Positions 1 through 8,773 of a stretch of DNA of 35,759 nt are shown piece by piece. The notes under the pieces are model-generated. The model made no database searches and was not told where the DNA came from. It saw only the letters and a list, made by a program, of their open reading frames with translations. Source of the DNA: an uncultured Halioglobus sp. (lineage in GTDB: Bacteria > Pseudomonadota > Gammaproteobacteria > Pseudomonadales > Halieaceae); assembly GCA_964351485.1 (NCBI GenBank), contig CAYGOX010000004.1, forward strand, positions 1-35,759, given 5' to 3'. Each line of letters begins with the position of its first letter. Within the stretch, counting starts at the first letter, position 1. A program made the translations under genes and the position numbers.

Positions 1-2
1 AG

Positions 3-632
3 GTGACTGCGGTTGCTGAGCGTAAACTCGGCGGTTTGGTTGACATTGCCGATTGTTATTCCCAATTTGATGACTGGTCGGCGCTCCGAATCAGCCGAGT
101 TCGACTGAACAATACTCACCATCCGCGTCACCTTGCGCTCGACAAGGATCGGGGCCTCGCCTTTCTCCGGGTGTTCGATTTCAAACCTCACCCAGCGTTT
201 TCCATTGCGTTCAAAGATTTCGACATCGCGAGCATCGAGGGAGGACGTTTCCGCCCCAGTATCTATACGGGCGCTGAGCGCCAGATTCAGCGTCGTCATC
301 CAGACCTTTTCAAGCTGACCTACCCACTGTTTACCGCCAGTAGCGGCCATTGGCGGGCAGATAGTGCGCTTCACCGGTGGCGCCGGCGCGGCGACCGGGC
401 CGCGTTTTTCTGCCAGAGTCTTGAGTTGCTCCGCCTGCCCTTCCAGGAGTGCCTGATGGGTCTGCAGCTGCGTTCCAAGCTGCTCCTGCCCTGCAATACA
501 ACTATCCATTTTCGAAACCAGTTCATCGTGCAGATGCGTATCGAGCTCAACCACAGGCAGCGGCGCACAACCGGTCGCAACCAGAATTGCTGACGCCAGA
601 CCCGATCGCAGGCCAATCTTCAGCTTAAGCAT
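3..632 (-). CDS. Lipoprotein retropepsin-like aspartic peptidase (RimK-associated, 'putative ATP-dependent zinc protease' family); 3' end runs off the window
   Basis: Translated by hand; not in the ORF track because it has no stop in the window. ATG at 632-630 overlaps the upstream TAA. Reads MLKLKIGLRSGLASAILVATGC (lipobox Cys22), a coiled segment, then VGQLEKVW...ARIDTGAETSSLDARDVEIFERNGKRWVRF...ERRPVIKLGITIG...AEFTLSNRSH. DTGA motif at 252-263. Confidence 0.88.
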   Translation of the reverse strand, partial: MLKLKIGLRSGLASAILVATGCAPLPVVELDTHLHDELVSKMDSCIAGQEQLGTQLQTHQALLEGQAEQLKTLAEKRGPVAAPAPPVKRTICPPMAATGGKQWVGQLEKVWMTTLNLALSARIDTGAETSSLDARDVEIFERNGKRWVRFEIEHPEKGEAPILVERKVTRMVSIVQSNSADSERRPVIKLGITIGNVNQTAEFTLSNRSH

Positions 633-1053
633 CGGGTATCTCCACATCGCAGGTCTGTGTCCACAAGAGGTTGAATTTTCGCCGTATGATTCGCCAGCCG
701 CGTTTCGTCCTGCGCAGTTCGTCATCGTAAATGATTCCCATATCCAGTTTCTTGCCCTGCTCTCCCTCGACAAAAAGATGAGAGGCCAGGCAATAGGTTT
801 GCCCACTGGCCTCATCTTCCCGAACATCGAACAGGACATTGGTCACCTGGTGGAGAGTCTGCGGGTAGTTCTCCAGAGCGTGCATCATCTGCTGGATCTC
901 TGGCAGGGTGGATACCGGGTTACCCATATACACAAACACCGCGTCTTCACAGAACACGTCGGCAAAGCCTGCGTAGTCTTTTTCGTCGGCACATCTGGCG
1001 TAACGGTACATAAGACGCGTAATTGCGATGTGGTCACTCACCGGTATAGTCAT
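625..1053 (-). CDS. SnoaL-like / NTF2-family protein
   Basis: DHIAITRLMYRYARCADEKD...F.EDA...TLHQVTN...YDDELRRTKRGWRIIRR is a typical SnoaL_4 pattern. Start placed at MTIPVS (1053); the ORF track start is 1086. Confidence 0.85.
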   Translation of the reverse strand: MTIPVSDHIAITRLMYRYARCADEKDYAGFADVFCEDAVFVYMGNPVSTLPEIQQMMHALENYPQTLHQVTNVLFDVREDEASGQTYCLASHLFVEGEQGKKLDMGIIYDDELRRTKRGWRIIRRKFNLLWTQTCDVEIPDA

Positions 1054-1169
1054 CAGATTCTCCAGCATCCCGGGCGCGGCATGCACCCGGAACGTTTCTA
1101 ATTATAGTTACTACCTGCAGTGACTGCTGCAGTTGTAATCGTAATTGCAGTGGTAACCACTATTATCTG

Positions 1170-2279
1170 TTACTGCAGATTGAAGAGCTGTTCCTTTTCA
1201 AAGGGGAGCAGGGCGTCAAACTGGTCCTCGCGCACCTTGCTGGCCCAGTCCGGGTTGGCGATCATCGCACGTCCGACGGCGACAAGATCGAACTCGCCGG
1301 CCTCGAGGCGCTGTACAAGGGCATCGAGATTGGCCGGCTCGGCCTCCCTGAAAGTAGCCTCACCTGGTAGCGGTATAAAGTCGGCATTCAGACCAACGCT
1401 GCCTACCGTTATCGTAGGCTTGCCAGTTATTTTCCTGGTCCAACCTGCCAGGTTCAAATCGCTGCCTTCAAATTCGCTTTCCCAGAAGCGCCGGGTGGAA
1501 CAGTGAAAGATATCGACACCGGCCTCACTTAAAGGCTGTAAAAAGTCGCCAAGCTCCTCCGGGCTGTGCGCGAGCCGTGCTTCGTAGTCCTGTTGCTTCC
1601 ACTGAGAAAGCCGAAAAAGTATGGGAAAATCTTCGCCAACTTCCGCGCGGGCGGCCTCGATGATCTCGCGGGCAAAACGACCGCGATTCTCCATTGACCC
1701 ACCGTACTCGTCGTCCCTAATGTTTGTCCCGGCCCAGAAAAATTGATCGATGATATAGCCGTGTGCTCCGTGAATCTCCACGGCATCAAAGCCCAGCGCC
1801 CTTGCAGTCGCAGCCCCACGCGCAAACGCGTCCACCACGTCACTAATATCGGAGCGGGTCATCACGTGTCGATTCACTTTACCCGGAACATTCATGCCAC
1901 TGGGCGCATAGCCGTTTACCTCGCCCTCTGGTGGCGTCCCCGCCTTGCGCATGCCACCCACGTGCCAAAGCTGTGCCGCGATTTTGCTTCCGCCTTCGTG
2001 CACCGCATCCACCACACGCTGCCAACCGGCCAGCGCCTCGGCTCCGTGAAAATACGGGACGTCGGGATAACCGCTAGCCGCAATATGATCGATACAGGTG
2101 CCCTCGGTAATGATCAACCCCGTTCCCCCTTCTGCGCGACGCCTGTAGTACTGCGCCACGTTATCTCCCGGGACGTTGCCCGGAGACGCATTGCGCGTCA
2201 TCGGCGCCATCACAATGCGATTCTTAAGCGCAAGCTTGGGGTGTTCAAAGGGGCGAAACAAACTACTGGCTTCAGACAT
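1170..2279 (-). CDS. NADH:flavin oxidoreductase (Old Yellow Enzyme family)
   Basis: LKNRIVMAPMTR, GLIITEG, QLWHVG, GFDAVEIHGAHGYIIDQF, RDDEYGGSMENRGRF, DLVAVGRAMIANPDW. Start at MSEASS (2279) with AGGA upstream. Confidence 0.95.
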   Translation of the reverse strand: MSEASSLFRPFEHPKLALKNRIVMAPMTRNASPGNVPGDNVAQYYRRRAEGGTGLIITEGTCIDHIAASGYPDVPYFHGAEALAGWQRVVDAVHEGGSKIAAQLWHVGGMRKAGTPPEGEVNGYAPSGMNVPGKVNRHVMTRSDISDVVDAFARGAATARALGFDAVEIHGAHGYIIDQFFWAGTNIRDDEYGGSMENRGRFAREIIEAARAEVGEDFPILFRLSQWKQQDYEARLAHSPEELGDFLQPLSEAGVDIFHCSTRRFWESEFEGSDLNLAGWTRKITGKPTITVGSVGLNADFIPLPGEATFREAEPANLDALVQRLEAGEFDLVAVGRAMIANPDWASKVREDQFDALLPFEKEQLFNLQ

Positions 2280-2310
2280 CAGGTTTCCTGCTTGTAGGTG
2301 GTTGAAATAA

Positions 2311-2982
2311 TCAGGCGGCGGGCGCGGTTTCTCGCGCATGCACCCGCGCCAGGACACGTTCAAAGGCGCTGGCTTCCTGCGCCCCGGGCACAAAGTATTT
2401 ATCCTGGAAAAAAAACATCGGTACCGCGTGTACCTCCCGCTCCCGCCAGGCTGCCTGTGATTCGCGCACGGCGACAGCGTAACGCTCACTGCGCAACACG
2501 TCCGCGGCCTTCGTGGCGTCGAGCCCGGCGCGGGCCGCGATTTCCGGCAGCAAACCGATGTCGCTCACATCCTCCCGGCGCTGGAAGAAAGCGGCAAACA
2601 GCGCCATTTTCAGCGCTGTCTGGCGGCCCTCCAGGCCCGCCCAGTGCAAGAGCTGATGCGCGGCAAAGGTATTGACCATGCGCATGCCCTCGAAATAGTC
2701 GAATTCAAAGCCCAATTTCTTTCCCAGCGCTTCGAGACGCGACCTTCCGGCCGAACGTCCGGCTGATTCCACGCCGTATTTCTGGCGCATATGCTCACGC
2801 AGGTCCTGGCCGCCGGACGGCATATCGGGGTTGAGTTCAAAAGGCTGCCAGTGCACCTGGGGAGAAAAGACTCCGGGCATCGCCTCAAGTGCCACACTGA
2901 GCTGGCGGTAACCGATTATGCACCACGGACATACCACGTCTGACACGATATCGACTCGCAGCGGCATCGGTTCTGAAGTCAT
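2311..2982 (-). CDS. DsbA-family oxidoreductase (FrnE-like, no signal peptide)
   Basis: VDIVSDVVCPWCIIG (CxxC), WQPFELNP, NTFAAHQL, AVPMF, VPGAQ. Start placed at MTSEPM (2982). Confidence 0.92.
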   Translation of the reverse strand: MTSEPMPLRVDIVSDVVCPWCIIGYRQLSVALEAMPGVFSPQVHWQPFELNPDMPSGGQDLREHMRQKYGVESAGRSAGRSRLEALGKKLGFEFDYFEGMRMVNTFAAHQLLHWAGLEGRQTALKMALFAAFFQRREDVSDIGLLPEIAARAGLDATKAADVLRSERYAVAVRESQAAWREREVHAVPMFFFQDKYFVPGAQEASAFERVLARVHARETAPAA

Positions 2983-3273
2983 CGTGCGTGTCTCAAGGGC
3001 TCGAGCGGGTGAAGCGCCAATCATAGAGTTAAATCGGCCGCGATGTAAGGGCGCAAAAAGTGTGTTCCAGTTCGCACTTCTTCGCAGGAAGGCCGACGAC
3101 ACCGCTGAGGCACAAAAAAGAACAATATATTGTGCCCGGCTACCACTCCAGCCGGCACAAATTGCGCTTGGGGTAGGCTGGCAGCGCCCAATTATCTCGA
3201 CTTTTCTCAGCTTTTTCATTTGTTTTGCCGCTAAGCCTTGTTACAAAGAATCCAGATCGGACGCAGGGCCAAT

Positions 3274-3288
3274 TGGCACCGCGCGAGC
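3274..3288 (+). promoter_or_regulatory. Candidate sigma-54 (-24/-12) promoter
   Basis: TGGCAC-CGCGCGA-GC has GG-N10-GC spacing and a perfect -24 element, ending 33 bp before the ATG at 3322. The -12 element (GAGC instead of TTGC) is weak. Confidence 0.3.
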
Positions 3289-3321
3289 CGGCAAGGACAG
3301 GACACCATTTGGGAGTGACCA

Positions 3322-3591
3322 ATGAGAATCGTTGAACATAACAGTCACGGCGCGACCCTCCACCTCGATCAGCGCGAGCTGCTGATGGTCATGGCGCTGG
3401 TTCAGGAGGGGCGGGATTCCTTCGAGTGCAATGGCCAGACAGGTCGGGCGCTCGACGAGCTGTTCAGCTCCGCCAACATCATGGTGGAGGAAGCCCGACG
3501 GGCGGACCTTCGCAACAATATGCTGCAGCAAACCATCGAGACCTTCGTGATCAACGAAGACGACAGCCAGGACAACGTCTCCAACGCCTAG
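3322..3591 (+). CDS. Small acidic hypothetical protein (89 aa)
   Basis: GGGAG RBS at 3311-3315, GC3-rich codons and helical protein-like composition. No motif recognised. Confidence 0.75.
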   Translation: MRIVEHNSHGATLHLDQRELLMVMALVQEGRDSFECNGQTGRALDELFSSANIMVEEARRADLRNNMLQQTIETFVINEDDSQDNVSNA

Positions 3592-3650
3592 CCTGAATCT
3601 CTCACTGGCGCGCCTTGACAGCATGTCTCAAGGCGCTATCTTCAGGTGGC

Positions 3651-4562
3651 ATGCAGCATCTGGTTCAAGAAGGGTTTCTCGAGCAACTGGCTGCCCAGAC
3701 CGGCGGCGCTTTCACTCTGCTTTTCTTCGCCTACCTGTCTTTTCTGTGTACCTGGCCACTGTTTTTATGGATGGAAAAGCGCTGGCCCGCTGTTCCCGAC
3801 ACACCGCGGTCAAATTACTGGTTCAACTGGCAAATAACGCTCAGCAATCTTTTCCTCGCCCCGGTATTTGCCGCCCTGGTGACACTCTTTACTCTCAGCG
3901 TGACCGGGTGGCTCGGCACTCCTTCACTTGAACTGTCGCCCGTTACGATCACTGTTGGCATCCCGGCGCTCGACCTGGTGATACAGGGCGCGATTATTTT
4001 CCTTGTGGCCTGTTTCCTTGGAGATTTTGCCTACTACTGGTGGCATCGCCTCCAGCACACGGTACCGGTGCTCTGGGAACTCCATAAGCTGCACCACAGT
4101 GACGAGCATCTGAACACGACCACGATCTACCGTTCACACTTTCTTGAGCCTGCGGGCCAGGGCCTGGTTCGCGGGCTGACGATCGGCCTGCTGTTTGATA
4201 TTTCCGCCCAGCCCGCGACACTCCTGGCTGTCGTCGCGGGCGGCTTGCTCATCGCCATCTGGGACTACTTTATCCACGCCAATGTCCGGCTGCCCTGGCT
4301 GGACCGGCTCCTGCCCCTGTTCTCGACCCCCCACTTTCACTGGATTCACCACTCCAGGGAGGCGCGACACCGGGACAAGAACTTTTCAATCTGGCTCCCG
4401 ATGTTCGATATCGCGTTCGGTACATACTATCGTCCCGGCGCCGACGAATACCCTCCGACGGGATTGTCCAACCGTGAACAGTTCACCAGTGTCTGGCAGG
4501 CTCAGGCCGCACCTTTCATCGCCTGGAGCAACTGGCGCGGGCGACGATCTCCACAGTGGTGA
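3651..4562 (+). CDS. Sterol desaturase / fatty acid hydroxylase family membrane di-iron enzyme
   Basis: His boxes YWWHRLQH, LHKLHHS, FIHAN and PHFHWIHHS, plus NFSIWLPMFDIAFGT and several TM helices. Start placed at MQHLVQ (3651). Confidence 0.92.
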   Translation: MQHLVQEGFLEQLAAQTGGAFTLLFFAYLSFLCTWPLFLWMEKRWPAVPDTPRSNYWFNWQITLSNLFLAPVFAALVTLFTLSVTGWLGTPSLELSPVTITVGIPALDLVIQGAIIFLVACFLGDFAYYWWHRLQHTVPVLWELHKLHHSDEHLNTTTIYRSHFLEPAGQGLVRGLTIGLLFDISAQPATLLAVVAGGLLIAIWDYFIHANVRLPWLDRLLPLFSTPHFHWIHHSREARHRDKNFSIWLPMFDIAFGTYYRPGADEYPPTGLSNREQFTSVWQAQAAPFIAWSNWRGRRSPQW

Positions 4563-4632
4563 TATTGCGCAGGTCTCGTATACTTCATGCGTGGTCTTGC
4601 TCGTATCATGGAATCCCAGCGGAGGTAGTGAC

Positions 4633-5643
4633 ATGAACAGGCGTGAACAATTGCAGGCTGCTGCCGCCCCCGTGACGGCCGGAGAAATCGCCCGCGCAGT
4701 GGCGCTGGCCAAACGGGGCGATACCCGGGGCAGAATTGCGCTGGCGGGCGCCATGGCCTGGGTGGCCTACTCGTGTCCCGACGCCTGTAGCGCGGTCTGC
4801 GACAACATCGCTTCAGGGTGGCTCGGCCACGGGCCCACGCCGGAAATACCCCTGGGCCTGCCTGAAGCACCGCTGGAGCCGTCCTTTTGGGAGGCCTTCT
4901 GGCAGGTGGTTGATGGCCACGACGAGGGCTACGATGCCATCTCCATCACGGTCGCCGTTGCCTCGCTGGGCGCCGCCGTTCACCCTTCTTTCGGCCAGCT
5001 CGCAGAACAACATGCCAACGGGCACCGGGGCGCAAAAAATGCCGTCTCCCGCGCCATCCCCGAATATACCGACATCCAGGCCCTCGCTGCCTGCCCCGAC
5101 AACAGTCTCGGCAAGGCGCTTCACTCGATGATCGTGGAGAATGGCTACGACCCCGAAGTGCTCGAACGCGATGCCATTGGCCTTGCGCAACTGCCTCACT
5201 CGCTGCACTACCTGAATGCGCGCATTCTCCAGATGCATGACGTTTGGCACCTTGTCGCCGGGTACGAGACAACGGCCTCTCACGAGATTGCCATTTCAGC
5301 GTTCCAACTGGCCCAGTTCGGCCACAACTATTCCTCCATGTTCCTCGCCGCTGTCATGTCCATCAGCACGTTCAAGGAACCTCGCGGATTCACCATCCTT
5401 ATGCAAATCATCTGTGAAGCATGGCAACACGGGCAGAATACGCCGCCCATGATGGATATTGAGTGGGAGCAGGAGTGGGATCGCCCCCTGGAGGCAATCC
5501 GCACGAGCCACGGCATTCCCCTCTACCAAAGCATCTTCCCGGCGGACCTGATGGAGTCTGTGGAAAGCGCTTCCTTCTTCCGCAAGCTCGCACTCGGATG
5601 GCAACTGGTGAGGTACAACAGCAGGCTCCGTGCAGCGGCCTAG
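4633..5643 (+). CDS. Coq4-family protein with N-terminal extension
   Basis: LAACPDNSLGKA followed by HDVWHLVAGYETTASHE (HDxxH-x11-E metal motif), AFQLAQ and WEQEWDRPLEAIR. GGAGG RBS at 4621, ATG at 4633. Confidence 0.85.
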   Translation: MNRREQLQAAAAPVTAGEIARAVALAKRGDTRGRIALAGAMAWVAYSCPDACSAVCDNIASGWLGHGPTPEIPLGLPEAPLEPSFWEAFWQVVDGHDEGYDAISITVAVASLGAAVHPSFGQLAEQHANGHRGAKNAVSRAIPEYTDIQALAACPDNSLGKALHSMIVENGYDPEVLERDAIGLAQLPHSLHYLNARILQMHDVWHLVAGYETTASHEIAISAFQLAQFGHNYSSMFLAAVMSISTFKEPRGFTILMQIICEAWQHGQNTPPMMDIEWEQEWDRPLEAIRTSHGIPLYQSIFPADLMESVESASFFRKLALGWQLVRYNSRLRAAA

Positions 5644-6382
5644 CGTCCACGTGCCTCAACTCAAGCGCACGAATACCGCCCTCGGTCGTTGCAGGCTATT
5701 CCTGCTTTTTTTCTGCCTGATTCTGCCCCGCGCTGCATGGACGGACGATGCGATCCATGACTGGGCCGACAGTACACTGGTCGCAAATGCCATTGCCGAG
5801 CTGGACGCCACCCGGCTGGACGAGCGCTGGTACTTCACCATGCACATTGAGCACGACGGCCAGCAACAGATCGTAAACAACGATCCACAGGCCGAACCTG
5901 CCCTGCGCAGGAATCTTTTATCGATCAACGGGAGCGAACCGACCGAGGCCGAACGTGCCGATTTTCGGGCAGCGGAGCAGGCACGCATCGAGGAAGAGGC
6001 TGACAACGAACAGGGCTTCCAGGCCCTGATCGATGTGTCGACACTGAACCTGCTGGAAGTCAGCGAGTCATGGGCTGAGTATGCGTTCATCCCCCGCATC
6101 AGGAAACTGGAGAAAGCGCAGGATGCACTGCGCGGAACGCTGCGCCTCAATCGTCAAAGCCGTGTCATAGAAACCATCCGCATCTTTAACGTCGAGTCTT
6201 TTTCTCCGGCGATTTCAGTATCGCTGGAAAATTTTCTGCTGCGTTTCGACTTTGCCATGCAGGAGGGCATCAATTTGCTCACCGTGACCGAAAACCAGGC
6301 ACAAGGCAAGGTGGCTTTTGTCAAAAGCTTTGACAGTTCTACCCGAATAGCATTCAGTGACTATCGGGCTATAGAAGAATAA
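5630..6382 (+). CDS. Exported hypothetical protein (beta-rich)
   Basis: Signal-like LFLLFFCLILPRAAW, LRGTLRLNRQSRVI and C-terminal RIAFSDYR. Start uncertain (GTG 5651 is an alternative). Confidence 0.7.
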   Translation: MQRPSVHVPQLKRTNTALGRCRLFLLFFCLILPRAAWTDDAIHDWADSTLVANAIAELDATRLDERWYFTMHIEHDGQQQIVNNDPQAEPALRRNLLSINGSEPTEAERADFRAAEQARIEEEADNEQGFQALIDVSTLNLLEVSESWAEYAFIPRIRKLEKAQDALRGTLRLNRQSRVIETIRIFNVESFSPAISVSLENFLLRFDFAMQEGINLLTVTENQAQGKVAFVKSFDSSTRIAFSDYRAIEE

Positions 6383-6412
6383 TTAACCTGAACATATCGC
6401 GGGGAATCTGCC

Positions 6413-8668
6413 GTGTCATTGCCAATCAAATGTATCAGCATCTCCCTCACGCTTGCGCTGCCACTGGTCTGCCTGCCCGCCACGGGAGAACCGACTCCGG
6501 AACAAGCAACCAGCCTCCTCGAAGAACTGGTCGTCACCGCGCGCAAGCGTGAACAGAACCTTCAGGCAATCGGCGGTGGTGTTTCGCTGGTGTCTGCCAG
6601 GGAGATTGCGCAGGCCCAGCTACGTAGCGCCGATGATCTTGCTACGCTCATCCCGGCACTCAACGTGCAGGCCAGCTCAGGGCCCGCGACTTCATCATTC
6701 AATATTCGCGGGATCGGCACGAGAACGTTCAGTCCCGGCGTTGAACCCAGCATTTCAACCATGCTGGACGGTGTCGTGATGGGCAGGTCAGGGATGGCTT
6801 TCTTCGACCTGGTGGATGTAGAGCGCGTCGAGGTACTTCGCGGCCCGCAGGGCACGCTCTACGGCAAGAACGCATCGGGGGGTGTGATCCACGTCATCAC
6901 CAAAGACCCTTCGCCTGAGTTCGAGGGGCGAATGGCGGCCACCGCGATCGAGGAGCACGAGTATCGCATCGACGCCACCGTTGCCGGCCCCGTGACGGAC
7001 ACACTTGGCTATCGACTGACCGGCGCCTGGGTCGATGATGGCGGATACAGTCGCAACCTGTTCGAAGACACGCGCGTCAACGGCACACAAAACCTCAATC
7101 TACGCGCCAAACTTCTCTGGACGCCGACCGACAAACTGGAGCTGCTCTGGACCAGCGACTACAGCGAGAACGATTGTGAATGCACCCTCCTGAGCATCCG
7201 CTCGGTACTCGAGTCCCCGACGCGCGACCGGGTGCTGGAACAACTGCTGCCTGTCGTACCCTCCAGCAGTAACCAGGACGTCAACAATGACCAGCTGACA
7301 TTCAGCCAGGTGGAAGCCTCGGGCCACGCGCTGACAGTGAACTGGACACTTGGCGATCACGTCCTCACCGCGATTTCCGCCTACCGCGAGTGGCAAAGTG
7401 AAGGCATTGTCGACCTCGACAACCTGCCCACAAACCCCATTGCACTGAGCTTCCCCGGTCCACCCTCTACCGACCAGGACCAGTTTTCACAGGAACTGCG
7501 GGTAACTTCGCCAGTGGCCAACTGGGGCTCATACGTGCTTGGCGCGTATTACTTCGAGCAGGATCTGGTGAGTGCGAGCCGTGTGGAGACCGCCATACTG
7601 GCACCCCTGGTGCCACCGACCCTGCGCGACGCTCGCACCGAAGTGGCGATTGAAAACATCGCCCTGTTCGGCGAGGTCACATTCAATCTTTCGGATCAGC
7701 TGGAGTTGGTGCTGGGGGGACGTTACACCTACGACGACATCCGTTACGACACCCGCGTGGTCGGAACCGACAACCTGGTGTTTCCACCAGACGGCGAAGC
7801 ATCGGACCAGATCGACGACAGCGACTTTTCCGAAAAGCTGGCACTGCAGTGGAGTATTGATAATCGGCACATGGCCTACGTCAGTTACGTATCCGGCTAC
7901 AAGGGCCCGGCTTTTGACACTTCACTGATCGCCAGGGACAGTTTCGTCAAACCCGAAACCAGCGACGCCTATGAGCTCGGCCTGAAGTCGAGCTGGTTCG
8001 ACGACCGCCTGATACTCAATGTGGCGGCCTTCTACGCCCGATACAAGAATTTTCAGGCTGAAGCCAGCGTCGATGACAATTTTGACGACGAGCTTCCGGG
8101 CAGCTTCCTGGTCGTCAATGCAGGCGAGGTAACGACTCGCGGTGTAGAGGCAGAGTTCATCGCCCAACCCAATTCGCAGTGGTCATTCACGGGCGGGTTC
8201 GCCTACACGGATGCGACGATTGAGGAATTTGCCGGCGGTAACTGCAGCGGCGGTCAACGTTTTCGCGGGGAGTGTCCGCAGGGCTTCCAGGACCTGGCCG
8301 GCGGAGAACTGCCCTATACACCTCGCTGGAAATTCAACCTCGCCGGCACCTACACTCATCCGTTGTCCCGCCACCCCTATGACCTGTTCGTGACCACCAA
8401 CGTGCGCTCGCAGGGTGACATACTGTACGAGCTTTCGCAGGACCCCTTCACCGAACAGGACGCGTACACCATTGTGGATATCACCCTGGGCCTGGTGAGC
8501 AACGCAAAACGGTTCAGGATCGCAACATTCGTGAAGAACCTCTTCGACAAGAATTATGCCTCGCTCATTTATGCCCAGGGCCCCGAGCTGATCCAGAATG
8601 CGTATATTCAACGCGTACCCAAGTATGCCAATCGCACAGCGGGTGTGACCGTCACTTTTGATTTTTAA
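6413..8668 (+). CDS. TonB-dependent outer-membrane receptor
   Basis: Signal peptide, TonB box LEELVVTARKREQNLQ, plug motif VERVEVLRGPQGTLYGKNASGGVI, SQELR, GYKGP, YELGLKS, KNLFDKNY and a C-terminal Phe. Confidence 0.97.
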   Translation: MSLPIKCISISLTLALPLVCLPATGEPTPEQATSLLEELVVTARKREQNLQAIGGGVSLVSAREIAQAQLRSADDLATLIPALNVQASSGPATSSFNIRGIGTRTFSPGVEPSISTMLDGVVMGRSGMAFFDLVDVERVEVLRGPQGTLYGKNASGGVIHVITKDPSPEFEGRMAATAIEEHEYRIDATVAGPVTDTLGYRLTGAWVDDGGYSRNLFEDTRVNGTQNLNLRAKLLWTPTDKLELLWTSDYSENDCECTLLSIRSVLESPTRDRVLEQLLPVVPSSSNQDVNNDQLTFSQVEASGHALTVNWTLGDHVLTAISAYREWQSEGIVDLDNLPTNPIALSFPGPPSTDQDQFSQELRVTSPVANWGSYVLGAYYFEQDLVSASRVETAILAPLVPPTLRDARTEVAIENIALFGEVTFNLSDQLELVLGGRYTYDDIRYDTRVVGTDNLVFPPDGEASDQIDDSDFSEKLALQWSIDNRHMAYVSYVSGYKGPAFDTSLIARDSFVKPETSDAYELGLKSSWFDDRLILNVAAFYARYKNFQAEASVDDNFDDELPGSFLVVNAGEVTTRGVEAEFIAQPNSQWSFTGGFAYTDATIEEFAGGNCSGGQRFRGECPQGFQDLAGGELPYTPRWKFNLAGTYTHPLSRHPYDLFVTTNVRSQGDILYELSQDPFTEQDAYTIVDITLGLVSNAKRFRIATFVKNLFDKNYASLIYAQGPELIQNAYIQRVPKYANRTAGVTVTFDF

Positions 8669-8773
8669 AGCGGAACCGCCAGTCGGTCGCGCAGTTGAAG
8701 AATCACCGCGTCACCGGCATCATACTCAGGCTGCCTTGGACAATCCCACCCACTGGAATATCGAACCACCACC

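Noticed and set aside
3-616. Track ORFs 3..593 (+), 133..318 (+) and 371..616 (-)
   Set aside because: They overlap the real minus-strand protease frame starting at 632 and have no recognisable features.
4195-4632. N-terminal extensions of track ORFs (Coq4 from 4195; likewise OYE to 2489, DsbA to 3219, MTase to 12206, AKR to 15076, crotonase from 17817)
   Set aside because: Most overlap neighbouring genes and all have non-protein-like composition. Downstream starts match the family N-termini, several with a clear RBS.
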